NCBI GenBank assembly: GCA_963840855.1
Contig: CAWJBB010000040.1
Coordinates: forward strand, 224,001 to 288,000
Direction: 5' to 3'
DNA length: 64,000 bases
From: an uncultured delta proteobacterium
GTDB lineage: Bacteria > Desulfobacterota > Binatia > UBA9968
In this document: positions 1-8,814 of the stretch, one piece after another
Layout: the number at the start of each line of letters is the position of its first letter
Position numbering within the stretch: position 1 is the first letter of the stretch
Notes under the pieces: generated by a model
The model's input: the letters and a program-made list of their open reading frames with translations, nothing else
What the model was told of the DNA's origin: nothing
The model's database searches: none
Program-made: the position numbers and the translations under genes

Positions 1-459
1 TCCCGACAAGCCAACGGCGATAATATCCGCGACTCGATTCTTAGACAAATCGGCCGCCATCTTCGGCATCTCCATAGTGCCGGCTTTTTCCTGTTCACGC
101 CCAAGGCGAAGAATATTTTGTTTCGCCTGGGCGCCAGCGGAATCGTCGAAACGCTGTTCGTCGATATTCCCTATGCAAGGACGCTACGCTGGCGGCCTCT
201 GGCGCGCCGGGCTCAGGGCCGCGATCTGGGTGTTTTTCTGGGCAGCTTTCTACCCGAGGCCAAGGACGGCGACCTGGATCTATTCTATGAAACCTATCTG
301 CCCGACCCCCTTGGCGCGACGTCGTCGCGCCTCCGGCGCCGGGCCATGAAATGCATGCGGGCGAAGCAGAACCGAACATTCCTGTCGTCCCTGATCCACG
401 GTTTCAAGCGCCGCTGGCGCGCTTTCCCCCGCCGTCACACAGCCTCCGCGACCACATAG
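1..459 (+). CDS. Lipopolysaccharide kinase-like (Kdo/WaaP/InaA family) protein, 5'-partial
   Basis: Frame 1 is open from base 1: ...IGRHLRHLHSAGFFLFTPKAKNILFR...LFVDIP...RDLG; kinase-like LH.AG....NIL and D motifs. Confidence 0.6.
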   Translation, partial: SRQANGDNIRDSILRQIGRHLRHLHSAGFFLFTPKAKNILFRLGASGIVETLFVDIPYARTLRWRPLARRAQGRDLGVFLGSFLPEAKDGDLDLFYETYLPDPLGATSSRLRRRAMKCMRAKQNRTFLSSLIHGFKRRWRAFPRRHTASATT

Positions 460-465
460 CCGATC

Positions 466-1134
466 ATGGACGAACAGATATTATCGCGCTACAACAGCGC
501 CGAGGGCCTGGCGGACTACACCAACAAATTCAAGAAACACTGGACCGAGCGGGTCAACAATTGGAACGAGCAGCGCCTGTTGAGAAAACTGTTGAGCGCC
601 GTGGCGAAGAGCCCGGGACAGGGGCTGGCGCTGGATCTGCCCTGCGGCTACGGCCGCCTTTATCCGATCGTTCGACGCTACGCCGGACAAGTGGTCGAGG
701 GCGATTGGAGTTTTCAACTGCTGTCGGCGGCGCAAACCTTCCAACGGCAGGAGCCCAAACTGGGCTCCGTAGCCGGCTACGTCCGCGCCACCGCCCTCAC
801 GCTGCCGTTCTCCGATCGCGCGTTTGCGCTTGTTTTGTCGGTGCGTCTTTGCCATCACATTCGCGAGCACAAAGAACGAATTCAATACGTCCAGGAGCTC
901 ATGCGCGTCAGCGGCAACTGGGTGGCTTTTACTTATTTCGACGAAGCTTCGATCAAGAATCGTCTGCATGAGTTGCGCCGCCGTTACAACTCAAAGCGGC
1001 CCAAATGGGCCCTTCAATTACAGGAGATCGAAGCCCTCGGCCGCGCTCATGGCTTTGAGGTCGTCCGTTCGCTGTGGATGTCGCGCTTCTTTTCAGGCCA
1101 TCGCTATTTGCTGCTCAAACGAACCCACGCTTGA
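466..1134 (+). CDS. Class I SAM-dependent methyltransferase
   Basis: LDLPCGYGR motif I, LPFSDRAF, RLCHH. Confidence 0.85.
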   Translation: MDEQILSRYNSAEGLADYTNKFKKHWTERVNNWNEQRLLRKLLSAVAKSPGQGLALDLPCGYGRLYPIVRRYAGQVVEGDWSFQLLSAAQTFQRQEPKLGSVAGYVRATALTLPFSDRAFALVLSVRLCHHIREHKERIQYVQELMRVSGNWVAFTYFDEASIKNRLHELRRRYNSKRPKWALQLQEIEALGRAHGFEVVRSLWMSRFFSGHRYLLLKRTHA

Positions 1135-1244
1135 TCTCCCCCGCAAATTTCTCGTCTCCCCAACGTGATCCATGGATCTTTTCGCGCCGCAGTCCACGCA
1201 GCCCTTGAATCATCATCCACATTCCATGCTAGTTAATAGGCATC

Positions 1245-2162
1245 ATGTCTGCCGATAAGTGCGTCACGCTTCACGACGCCATCGCGGCCAACATTCAAGA
1301 CGGCATGTCCGTTGCGATGGGTTGCGGCTTGGAATCGCTCATCCCATTCGCCGCCAGCTACGAAATTATCCGCCAGAAGAAAAGAGATTTAACCCTAATC
1401 GCGCCGATTTCCGATATTCAATTCGATCAACTCATCGGCGCCGGCTGCGTTAGAAAAATCATCGCCTCATGGGTCGGCAACGTCGCCGCCGGACTAGGCC
1501 ATAACTACCGGCGCGCCGCCGAATTGGGAATACCCAATCCAATTCAGATCGAAGAACATTCCAACTTCACTATCGGCTTGGGCCTGCAAGCGGCGGCCTC
1601 GGGCCTGCCCTACCTCCCAACCAAGACCATCAAGGGCAGCGACTTCAGCCGCGGGCCGCAATTCTCGCGCGTAGCTTGTCCTTTTACCGGCGAAGAGTTG
1701 GCTGCCGTGCGCGCCATCCAACCTGACGTAGCAATCCTGCATGTGCAACGTGCTGACCGCGAAGGCAACGTGCATCTTTGGGGCAACTTCGGCGTGATGC
1801 GCGAAGCCGGTTTCGCCGCCGGCAAAGTTATCCTCACCTGCGAAGAGATCGTGGATCACGACGTTATTCTGAGCGACCCGAACCGAAATGTAATCCCAGG
1901 ATTTGTGGTCTCAACAGTCGTGCATGAACCCTTCGGCGCCCACCCGTCCCCGGCCCAGGGCTACGCGCGGCGAGACGACGATTTCTACTTCGAGTATCAC
2001 AAAGAGAGCCGCTCGCGCGAAGGGTTCGAACACTGGCTCGAAAAATACGTGTTTGGCGTCAAGGATCACCGCGCTTTTTTGCAGCTTCTCGGCACCGAGC
2101 GCGTGAATAAACTCAAACCGCAGGCCAATTTGTTTGCGCCGGCGGTAAGCTTCAATTACTGA
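1245..2162 (+). CDS. CoA transferase subunit A (glutaconate/3-oxoadipate type)
   Basis: LIPFAASYEIIRQ, EEHSNFTIGLGLQAAASGLP, PDVAILHVQRADREGN, PFGAHPS. Confidence 0.9.
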   Translation: MSADKCVTLHDAIAANIQDGMSVAMGCGLESLIPFAASYEIIRQKKRDLTLIAPISDIQFDQLIGAGCVRKIIASWVGNVAAGLGHNYRRAAELGIPNPIQIEEHSNFTIGLGLQAAASGLPYLPTKTIKGSDFSRGPQFSRVACPFTGEELAAVRAIQPDVAILHVQRADREGNVHLWGNFGVMREAGFAAGKVILTCEEIVDHDVILSDPNRNVIPGFVVSTVVHEPFGAHPSPAQGYARRDDDFYFEYHKESRSREGFEHWLEKYVFGVKDHRAFLQLLGTERVNKLKPQANLFAPAVSFNY

Positions 2163-2250
2163 GTAAACGCTCAACCCATGCTACGGCCGAATCGCAGTGG
2201 CAAGCTGCGGGGAATTACACCGGCAGAGATAAAAAATAAGGAGGGATGCC

Positions 2251-2685
2251 ATGAAAACCGTGCCTTCATCTAAACTCTCTCAGGAGGGCTGCGACATCAT
2301 CGTCAACGCCGCCATCGAAAAGGCCAAGGAGCTAAAACAAATCGTCAGCATTTGCGTGGTCGATGCCGGAGGCCATCTAATGGCGTTCAAGCGCATGACC
2401 AACGGCCGGACGCATAATACGTTGATCGCGCAAGCAAAAGCGCGCGGCGCCGCGGTCACTACGGCGGCTACCGGAAAGACGGCGCGCGACGGCAGTGAGA
2501 TTCCCGATCACCAGGTGCTGGCACAAACCCTCGCCGTCGGTCCAGGTTGGTTTGTCAGCATCGAAGGCGGACTGCCCATCGCCGTCGACGGACAGTGCAT
2601 CGGCGCCGTCGGCGTAAGCGGCGCGCCTTCGGCCGTCGATCGCCAGATCGGACAGGCCGGGATTGACGCGTTCAACAAGGCGTAG
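2251..2685 (+). CDS. GlcG/HbpS family heme-binding protein
   Basis: VSICVVDAGGHL, IAQAKA, GGLPI..DG..IGAVGVSG; SD AGGAGG. Confidence 0.88.
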   Translation: MKTVPSSKLSQEGCDIIVNAAIEKAKELKQIVSICVVDAGGHLMAFKRMTNGRTHNTLIAQAKARGAAVTTAATGKTARDGSEIPDHQVLAQTLAVGPGWFVSIEGGLPIAVDGQCIGAVGVSGAPSAVDRQIGQAGIDAFNKA

Positions 2686-2692
2686 CTTTCTG

Positions 2693-2797
2693 GTTCAAAG
2701 TTCAACGTTTCATAAGTTTCCACGTCCCAACCTCGAACGCAGAACGTTGAATCGCGCCGAAGGCGCCACGTTGAACATTGAACCTTGAACTTTGAAC
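2693..2797. repeat. GTTCAA 7-nt-period tandem/inverted hairpin element
   Basis: GTTCAAA GTTCAAC GTT...GTTGAAC ATTGAAC CTTGAAC TTTGAAC with internal CGCGCCGAAGGCGC. Confidence 0.85.
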
Positions 2798-2798
2798 G

Positions 2799-3554
2799 AT
2801 GATATATACCCGACGCGAACTGATGGTCGCTGCTGCGGCGCGGGAGATCCGCGACGGCGACAAGGTCTTTGTCGGCATGCGCTTGCCGCTTTTAGGCTTT
2901 GCCGTGGCCAAGGAAACCCACGCGCCGGGCGCCATCGGCATTTTTGAAAACGGCGTGATCCGGGACTGGCCGGCGCTCGAATCTATCTTCACCATGAGTG
3001 ACCCACCCAACGTTGCCGGAGCACTTTTATGCGGCGGCCTGAATGACGTGATGCATCTATTGCAGTCCGGCCGCGTCGATCTCGGCTTCATCGGCGGCGC
3101 CGAAGTCGACCGCTTTGGCAATTTGAACACCCATTGGGTGGAAGAAAACGGCAAGCGCATCCGCTTGCCGGGCAGCGGCGGCGCGGCGGACATCGCCACG
3201 ATGGCCAAACGATGCATCATTATCATGAATCACGAGCGGCGGAGATTCACGCCGAAAGTTCAGTACATCACTTCGCCTGGATTCGGCGACGGCGGCGAGT
3301 GGCGAAAGGAACGGGGGCTGACTGGAGGCGGCCCGAGCCGCGTGATCACCAGCATGGGGATTTTCTCATTCGATGCCGCGACCCACGAAATGATCTTAAG
3401 CTCGTATCATCCCGGCGTGTCCATAGACGAAATCAAGCACGAAACCGGCTGGCCGCTGCGCGTCGCGCCCGATGTTGGTGAAACGAACCCACCCACGAAA
3501 GCCGAACTGGCCGCGGTCAGAAAATATGATCCCAGAGGAGTCTGGACTTCTTAA
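2799..3554 (+). CDS. CoA transferase subunit B
   Basis: VFVGMRLP, IFENG, GGAEVDRFGNLN, RLPGSGGAADIA, VQYITSPG. Confidence 0.9.
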   Translation: MIYTRRELMVAAAAREIRDGDKVFVGMRLPLLGFAVAKETHAPGAIGIFENGVIRDWPALESIFTMSDPPNVAGALLCGGLNDVMHLLQSGRVDLGFIGGAEVDRFGNLNTHWVEENGKRIRLPGSGGAADIATMAKRCIIIMNHERRRFTPKVQYITSPGFGDGGEWRKERGLTGGGPSRVITSMGIFSFDAATHEMILSSYHPGVSIDEIKHETGWPLRVAPDVGETNPPTKAELAAVRKYDPRGVWTS

Positions 3555-3570
3555 GCCCGATCCTCCATCA

Positions 3571-3627
3571 CTCATTGTTCGTGATTTCTGTTCATCGCCG
3601 AGCACGAGCACGTTCCACGATCACGAC
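3571..3627. repeat. Degenerate 6-nt CACGAN tandem/inverted repeat between convergent genes
   Basis: TTCGTGA...GAGCACGAGCACGTTCCACGATCACGAC. Confidence 0.45.
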
Positions 3628-3632
3628 TAGGG

Positions 3633-4148
3633 TTACGCCTCGACCTTCGCCGAGTTGATCACCACATTCTCCACCGGCACGTCATCATGGTGGCCTTTGC
3701 TCCCCGTCTTGACTTTTTCGATGGCGTGAACGATCTCCATGCCTTCGATCACCTGCCCGAACACCGCATAACCGAATTCAGCCGGTGACGGGCTGCGGTG
3801 GTTGAGAAAGTCATTGTCCTTCACGTTGATAAAGAACTGCGCCGTGGCGCTATCGACAACATTGGTCCTCGCCATGGCGATGCTGCCGATTTTGTTTTTC
3901 AGGCCGTTGGCCGCTTCATTCTTGATCGGCGCTCTGGTTTTCTTTTCCGCCATTTGCGCGTCCATGCCGCCACCCTGGATCATGAAGCCGGGGATCACGC
4001 GGTGAAAGATCAGCCCGTCGTAGTGGCCGTTGTTGACGTAGTCGACGAAATTCTGCGTCGTAACCGGCGCCTTTTCAGCGTCGAGTTCGATGCGAATATC
4101 GCCCTTGTTGGTTGACATGTTGACGATCGGATTTTTACTATCTGCCAT
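3633..4148 (-). CDS. Cyclophilin-type peptidyl-prolyl cis-trans isomerase (PpiA/PpiB)
   Basis: [36 protein letters not shown]. Confidence 0.95.
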   Translation of the reverse strand: MADSKNPIVNMSTNKGDIRIELDAEKAPVTTQNFVDYVNNGHYDGLIFHRVIPGFMIQGGGMDAQMAEKKTRAPIKNEAANGLKNKIGSIAMARTNVVDSATAQFFINVKDNDFLNHRSPSPAEFGYAVFGQVIEGMEIVHAIEKVKTGSKGHHDDVPVENVVINSAKVEA

Positions 4149-4281
4149 CACTGCCTCCTCAATGCGAGTATGTATTTTTCTAACATCTTTCCCATTCTAT
4201 GGATACCTCATAAAGCTAGAATTATTCGAGGCGATGGGATATGGGTACGGCAAACGATATCTCATTCCTAAAGGAGTCATT

Positions 4282-5199
4282 ATGGCAAGCGGAAAAACAA
4301 TCGAAGGAATCCTGATGCCGATGCCTGTGGCATTCAAACACGACGGTGCCATCGATCATGCAGGGACGGACGCGATCATCGATTTTTACCTGGATACGGG
4401 AGTGCATGGCTTCTTCCCGCTGGGAACCCACGGCCAAGGTATGACGATGGAAATCGAAGAGCGCAAAAAAATGGCGGAGCAAATCGTCAATCGCGTCAAA
4501 GGCCGCGTGCCGGTAGTCATGCACATCGGCACCGCCAATACCCTGTCTTCCATCGAGCTGGCGAAACACGCGGCGGGCCTGGACGTGGACGCCGTCGGCG
4601 TCGTGCCGCCGTATTATTATCCGCACGACGACTGGGAAGTGTACGCGCATTACAAAGCGATTGCCAAAAGCGTGCCCGGCGTGCCGATGTTCATTTACGA
4701 CAATACTGAAACCACCTGGGTAGAGATCACGCCGGCGAAGGCGAACAAAATCATCGAAGCGATTGCGCCCAATCCGCTGGCGGGCATCAAGGTCTCTTTC
4801 ATCGCCTTCGACAAGCTATTGGGATATGTCTACCAACTGCCGAAGTCCGTGGGGGTCTTCCCTGGGGGTATTTTTTCTTTGTACTCGGGCTACTCGGTGG
4901 GCGTGCGCGGCGCTATTCATCCGCCGTCGACGCCGTTTCCCGAGACCTGTGTAAAAATGTACGAAGCTTTGAAATCGGGCGATCTCAAGGCGGCTCAAAA
5001 AGAACATGATCTGCTCACCCGGCTGATGCAAGTGGTTGGCAGATACCTGCGCAGCCATGGGCGCGGCGTCTTCTGTGAATTGATGAAGTTGCGGGGCCTG
5101 CCGGTGGAGCGCTTCCCGCGCTGGGAAACGCCGCCCTTCACCGACAAAGAGCGAGCGGACTTGAAAGAAGGGATCGAACAAGCCGGCTTCAGATTGTAA
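4282..5199 (+). CDS. DHDPS/N-acetylneuraminate lyase family class I aldolase
   Basis: GTHGQG, ERKK, VVPPYYY, catalytic Tyr (IYDN) and Schiff-base Lys (GIKVS); start at ATG after AAGGAG. Confidence 0.88.
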   Translation: MASGKTIEGILMPMPVAFKHDGAIDHAGTDAIIDFYLDTGVHGFFPLGTHGQGMTMEIEERKKMAEQIVNRVKGRVPVVMHIGTANTLSSIELAKHAAGLDVDAVGVVPPYYYPHDDWEVYAHYKAIAKSVPGVPMFIYDNTETTWVEITPAKANKIIEAIAPNPLAGIKVSFIAFDKLLGYVYQLPKSVGVFPGGIFSLYSGYSVGVRGAIHPPSTPFPETCVKMYEALKSGDLKAAQKEHDLLTRLMQVVGRYLRSHGRGVFCELMKLRGLPVERFPRWETPPFTDKERADLKEGIEQAGFRL

Positions 5200-5219
5200 A
5201 ACCTCAAGGCGTAGAGAGC

Positions 5220-6020
5220 ATGACTAGCGGCAACAAACCGCTAACGCTGGAGATCGGCAAAAAGCTCTCGCCCGCCGAGGCGAAGGCTTTTACCGGCGAG
5301 ATCAAGCAGCGCATGTACGCGCGCTGGAATGACAGGATTTTCGGCGGCGCGTTCATGCGCGATCTCGAGGCCGGTAAACTACCCTTCGAGACCATAAAAT
5401 TATTCTGGCGCCATTGGTACAGCTATCCGGTGGAAGTGAACAACTTTCACCTGATCATCTACCAGCGCCATCAGGGAATCTTCGCGCGCCACCGCGACCT
5501 GCTCGCGCCCTACGTCGGCAAGATCAGCGACGAGCTGGTCAATCCGAGCATACCGGGGCATATCCAGGTGCTCATCAAACAGGGAGAGGCGTTTGGCGTG
5601 TCGCTGGATGAGATGGTCAACTGCGAAGTGTATGCCGAGTGCCGCGCGCTGACCGAATTCGCCCGCGGCCTGGTGTATGAAGGCAGCATGATCGAGTGGT
5701 GGGCGCGCTCATTGAATGAGGAAATGTTCGGCCACTGGGCCAAGCGCTGGCGCGAGGCGCTGCTAAATAAATACAAAATCCCGGAAGCCGATCTTTATTA
5801 TTTCGCGGTGCATGAAGAAGCTGACTTGCACGAACATTTGGACGGCCTGATGGCCCACGGCGAGGTGGCGCGTAGAGTTTTTGAGCGGCTGCTGCAAGAC
5901 GGCAACACCTGGCACCGGCCCGGCTGGGGTCCGGAGTACTGCTGTCTAATCAACGCCGACTGCGTGGCGATGTTCCATGACGGCATCTACAAACATTCGA
6001 AGGAACAGGGACATTTTTAG
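5220..6020 (+). CDS. Heme-oxygenase-like diiron protein (CADD/PqqC/TenA superfamily), paralog 1
   Basis: ISDEL..P..PGH, LNEE, YYFAVHEEADLHEH resemble the CADD E..H/E/H...D..H ligand pattern. Confidence 0.75.
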   Translation: MTSGNKPLTLEIGKKLSPAEAKAFTGEIKQRMYARWNDRIFGGAFMRDLEAGKLPFETIKLFWRHWYSYPVEVNNFHLIIYQRHQGIFARHRDLLAPYVGKISDELVNPSIPGHIQVLIKQGEAFGVSLDEMVNCEVYAECRALTEFARGLVYEGSMIEWWARSLNEEMFGHWAKRWREALLNKYKIPEADLYYFAVHEEADLHEHLDGLMAHGEVARRVFERLLQDGNTWHRPGWGPEYCCLINADCVAMFHDGIYKHSKEQGHF

Positions 6021-6055
6021 AACTAGCGAATCATTCACCACGAAGGAGACACGAC

Positions 6056-6119
6056 GTTCAAAAAGTTCAAGCCGTTCAAAACGCTCGCCGGATTGTTGGA
6101 CGGCTTGAACTACTTGAAC
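6056..6119. repeat. GTTCAA 9-nt-period hairpin element nested in a CACGAAG...CTTCGTG inverted repeat (6034-6172)
   Basis: GTTCAAAAA GTTCAAGCC GTTCAAAAC...GGCTTGAAC TACTTGAAC. Confidence 0.85.
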
Positions 6120-6187
6120 GCGGACGGCTATAGGCGCCCTATAATTTGTGACCTTCGTGCTCTCTGTGTTAAAAAATCCGGAGCATT

Positions 6188-7636
6188 ATGCCATTTAACG
6201 ACCTACGCGAGTTTATCGACGCCGCCCGCAAGATCGGCCAAGTGAAGGAGATTCACGGCGCGGATTGGAATCTGGAGATCGGCGCACTGACGGAGCTGTT
6301 TGCTTTCAAGGAGCCGTCGCCGCTGGTGCTATTTGATCAAATTCCCGGCTATCCGGCGAACTTCCGGGTCGCCGCGAATTTGATCAACACTCCCGCTCGC
6401 TCCGGACTAACAGTAGGCATGCCGGCCGATGCCAAACCCATAGAGCTGATCGCGCGCTGGAAAGAGCTGCTGAAGGGCGTCAAACCTATCCCGCCGCGTG
6501 TCGTTTCCAGCGGGCCGATTCTGGAAAACGTCAAGAGCGGCGACGACGTCGACATGACCATCTTTCCCACGCCGCACTGGCATGAGTTGGACGGCGGGCG
6601 CTATATCGGCACCGCGGACTGCGTCATCACCCGTGAACCGGAAGAAGGCGGCTGGGTCAATATAGGCATCTACCGCGCGCAGGTTCACGATAAAAATACC
6701 CTCGGCCTTTACGTCTCGCCGGGCCATCATGCGCGCATCATGCGCGAAAAATATTGGGAAAAAGGGCTGAGCTGTCCCGTGGTCGTCACCTTCGGCCAGG
6801 ACCCGTTGCTCTTCCTGGTGGCCGGACAATCGATGCCTTACGGCATGTCCGAGTTCGACTACTGCGGCGGCCTGCGCGGCGCGCCCATCGACGTCATCCG
6901 CGGCGAACTAACCGGCTTGCCGATACCGGCGACGGCGGAAATCGCCATCGAAGGGGAAGTGCCGCCGCCCCAAGAGCAGGCGCAGATGGAAGGCCCCTTC
7001 GGCGAATGGCCTGGTTACTATGCCCATGGCGCGGCCACGGAACCGGTGATTCGCGTCAAGAAAGTCTATTATCGCAACGATCCGATCTTGTGCGGCGCGC
7101 CGCCATTGAAACCGCCTTTCATTACCTTTGGCGTGCCCATCGGCGCCGCCGCGATATGGAATTACTTGGAGAAAGCCGACGTTCCGGACATCAAGGGTGT
7201 CTGGTGCTCCATCGGCGGCTCGGCCGCCGGCGGCGGCGCCCCTTTCATCATCATCTCGCTCAAGCAGCGCTATCACGGCCACGCGCAGCAAGCCGGCATC
7301 GCAGCCCTGGGTTCCCGCGCTGGTAATTATCATGGCCGTTTCGTCATCGTGGTCGATGACGACATCGATCCGTCCGAGATGAAAGACGTTATCTGGGCGG
7401 TTTCCACGCGCTGCGATCCGAAAACCGCCATCAGCATCATCGATGGCTGCTGGAGCACACCGCTGGACCCGGCCATGCACCCGGACCAGCGCGATGCCGG
7501 CAACTTCGTCAACAGCCGCGCGATTCTTAATGCCTGCCGGCCCTATGCCTGGCGCGACCGCTTTCCGCCGGTCAACGCGCTCAGCCCGGAGCTGAAAAAG
7601 AAAACAGCAGAGAAGTGGAAGAAGGAACTGGCGTAA
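6188..7636 (+). CDS. UbiD family prFMN-dependent (de)carboxylase
   Basis: DLREFI, DGGRYIGT, EGPFGEWPGYY, VIVVDDDID, WAVSTR. Confidence 0.92.
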   Translation: MPFNDLREFIDAARKIGQVKEIHGADWNLEIGALTELFAFKEPSPLVLFDQIPGYPANFRVAANLINTPARSGLTVGMPADAKPIELIARWKELLKGVKPIPPRVVSSGPILENVKSGDDVDMTIFPTPHWHELDGGRYIGTADCVITREPEEGGWVNIGIYRAQVHDKNTLGLYVSPGHHARIMREKYWEKGLSCPVVVTFGQDPLLFLVAGQSMPYGMSEFDYCGGLRGAPIDVIRGELTGLPIPATAEIAIEGEVPPPQEQAQMEGPFGEWPGYYAHGAATEPVIRVKKVYYRNDPILCGAPPLKPPFITFGVPIGAAAIWNYLEKADVPDIKGVWCSIGGSAAGGGAPFIIISLKQRYHGHAQQAGIAALGSRAGNYHGRFVIVVDDDIDPSEMKDVIWAVSTRCDPKTAISIIDGCWSTPLDPAMHPDQRDAGNFVNSRAILNACRPYAWRDRFPPVNALSPELKKKTAEKWKKELA

Positions 7637-7697
7637 GCCGGCTGAACTCAACCCATTGAGACCTGGCTCTCGTCCGGGAGTCGAAGCGGAGGTCGAC

Positions 7698-8771
7698 ATG
7701 AAGTTCAAGAGAAGTAACTTCGGATTCTCGACTGCGCTGATTTTTACTGCTTTATCGGGGACCCTTTCCTTCTTTCCTGCCGTACTCTTCGGGCAGAATC
7801 CCTTTTATCAAGGGAAAACCATCACCATTGTACAGGGCCGCGAACCGGGCGACGCCGGCGATATGCGGGTCAAAGCCATACTTCCTTTCATCCAGAAGCA
7901 CGTGCCGGGAAATCCGACCATCATCAGCGAATATATGCCGGGCGGCGGCGGGCGCAAGGCAGCGAACCACGTCTATAGAAACGTTAAACCCGACGGCCTC
8001 ACCCTGGGCAACCTTGGCGCCGGATTCATATCGAGCGCCATACTCGGCGAGACCGGCGTGCAATACGATATCGATAAATTCGTCTATCTGGGCTCGCCTT
8101 ACAGCGCGGCTCATTACCTGTTCATCACCAAGAGAGATCTACAGTTCGGCAATTTGGAAAAGCTCAGGGCACATGCCGGGTTGCGGATTGGCGCTCAGTC
8201 CGTGGGCCATACGATCTACATCGTCGGGCGATTATTTGCCTGGATTATCGGCTTAAAGGAGCCCAATTTTATTACTGCTTACGCGGGAAACGAGATCGAC
8301 GTCGCTCTCATGCGCGGGGAACTCGACGCCAGAGCACAGGCAGCCGACTGGCTGTTGCATAGAAACCGTGATTGGCTCGACAAGCAGCTGATGGATTTCC
8401 ATGCGATTTTCGAAACACCCAAGGGGGACAAGCATCCACAATTCTCCCATCTGCCGGAGCTGGAGACTCTCGCGCGATCAGAACGAGAACGCAAGATGCT
8501 GGCGATGCAGCGCGGCTTTCGATTGGCGGGTTCGCCTTTCTTCTTACCCCCGGGAGTCCCCAAAGAGCGGATCGAGATGCTTCAGGAAGCAATGAGAAAA
8601 GCCTTGAGCGATCCGGGATTTTCGCGCGAGTTCAGAAAGCTCACTGGCGACGATCCGACGCCGCTTACGCCGGAAGCCAATGAAAAGGCCGTGCGCGATA
8701 TTCCCCGTGAGCCGGAGGTTATCGAACTGTTCAAGAAGATCATCGGCGCCGGTCCTCTGCCGGCACGTTAG
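7698..8771 (+). CDS. Bug/TctC tripartite tricarboxylate transporter substrate-binding protein
   Basis: Signal peptide, FYQGKTITIV, PGNPT, MPGGGG, PDGLT, PPGVP; SD GGAGG before ATG 7698. Confidence 0.88.
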   Translation: MKFKRSNFGFSTALIFTALSGTLSFFPAVLFGQNPFYQGKTITIVQGREPGDAGDMRVKAILPFIQKHVPGNPTIISEYMPGGGGRKAANHVYRNVKPDGLTLGNLGAGFISSAILGETGVQYDIDKFVYLGSPYSAAHYLFITKRDLQFGNLEKLRAHAGLRIGAQSVGHTIYIVGRLFAWIIGLKEPNFITAYAGNEIDVALMRGELDARAQAADWLLHRNRDWLDKQLMDFHAIFETPKGDKHPQFSHLPELETLARSERERKMLAMQRGFRLAGSPFFLPPGVPKERIEMLQEAMRKALSDPGFSREFRKLTGDDPTPLTPEANEKAVRDIPREPEVIELFKKIIGAGPLPAR

Positions 8772-8814
8772 CAGGCTGCTGAAAAAGACTCATATGCCGA
8801 TAGCTTGCGACGCA

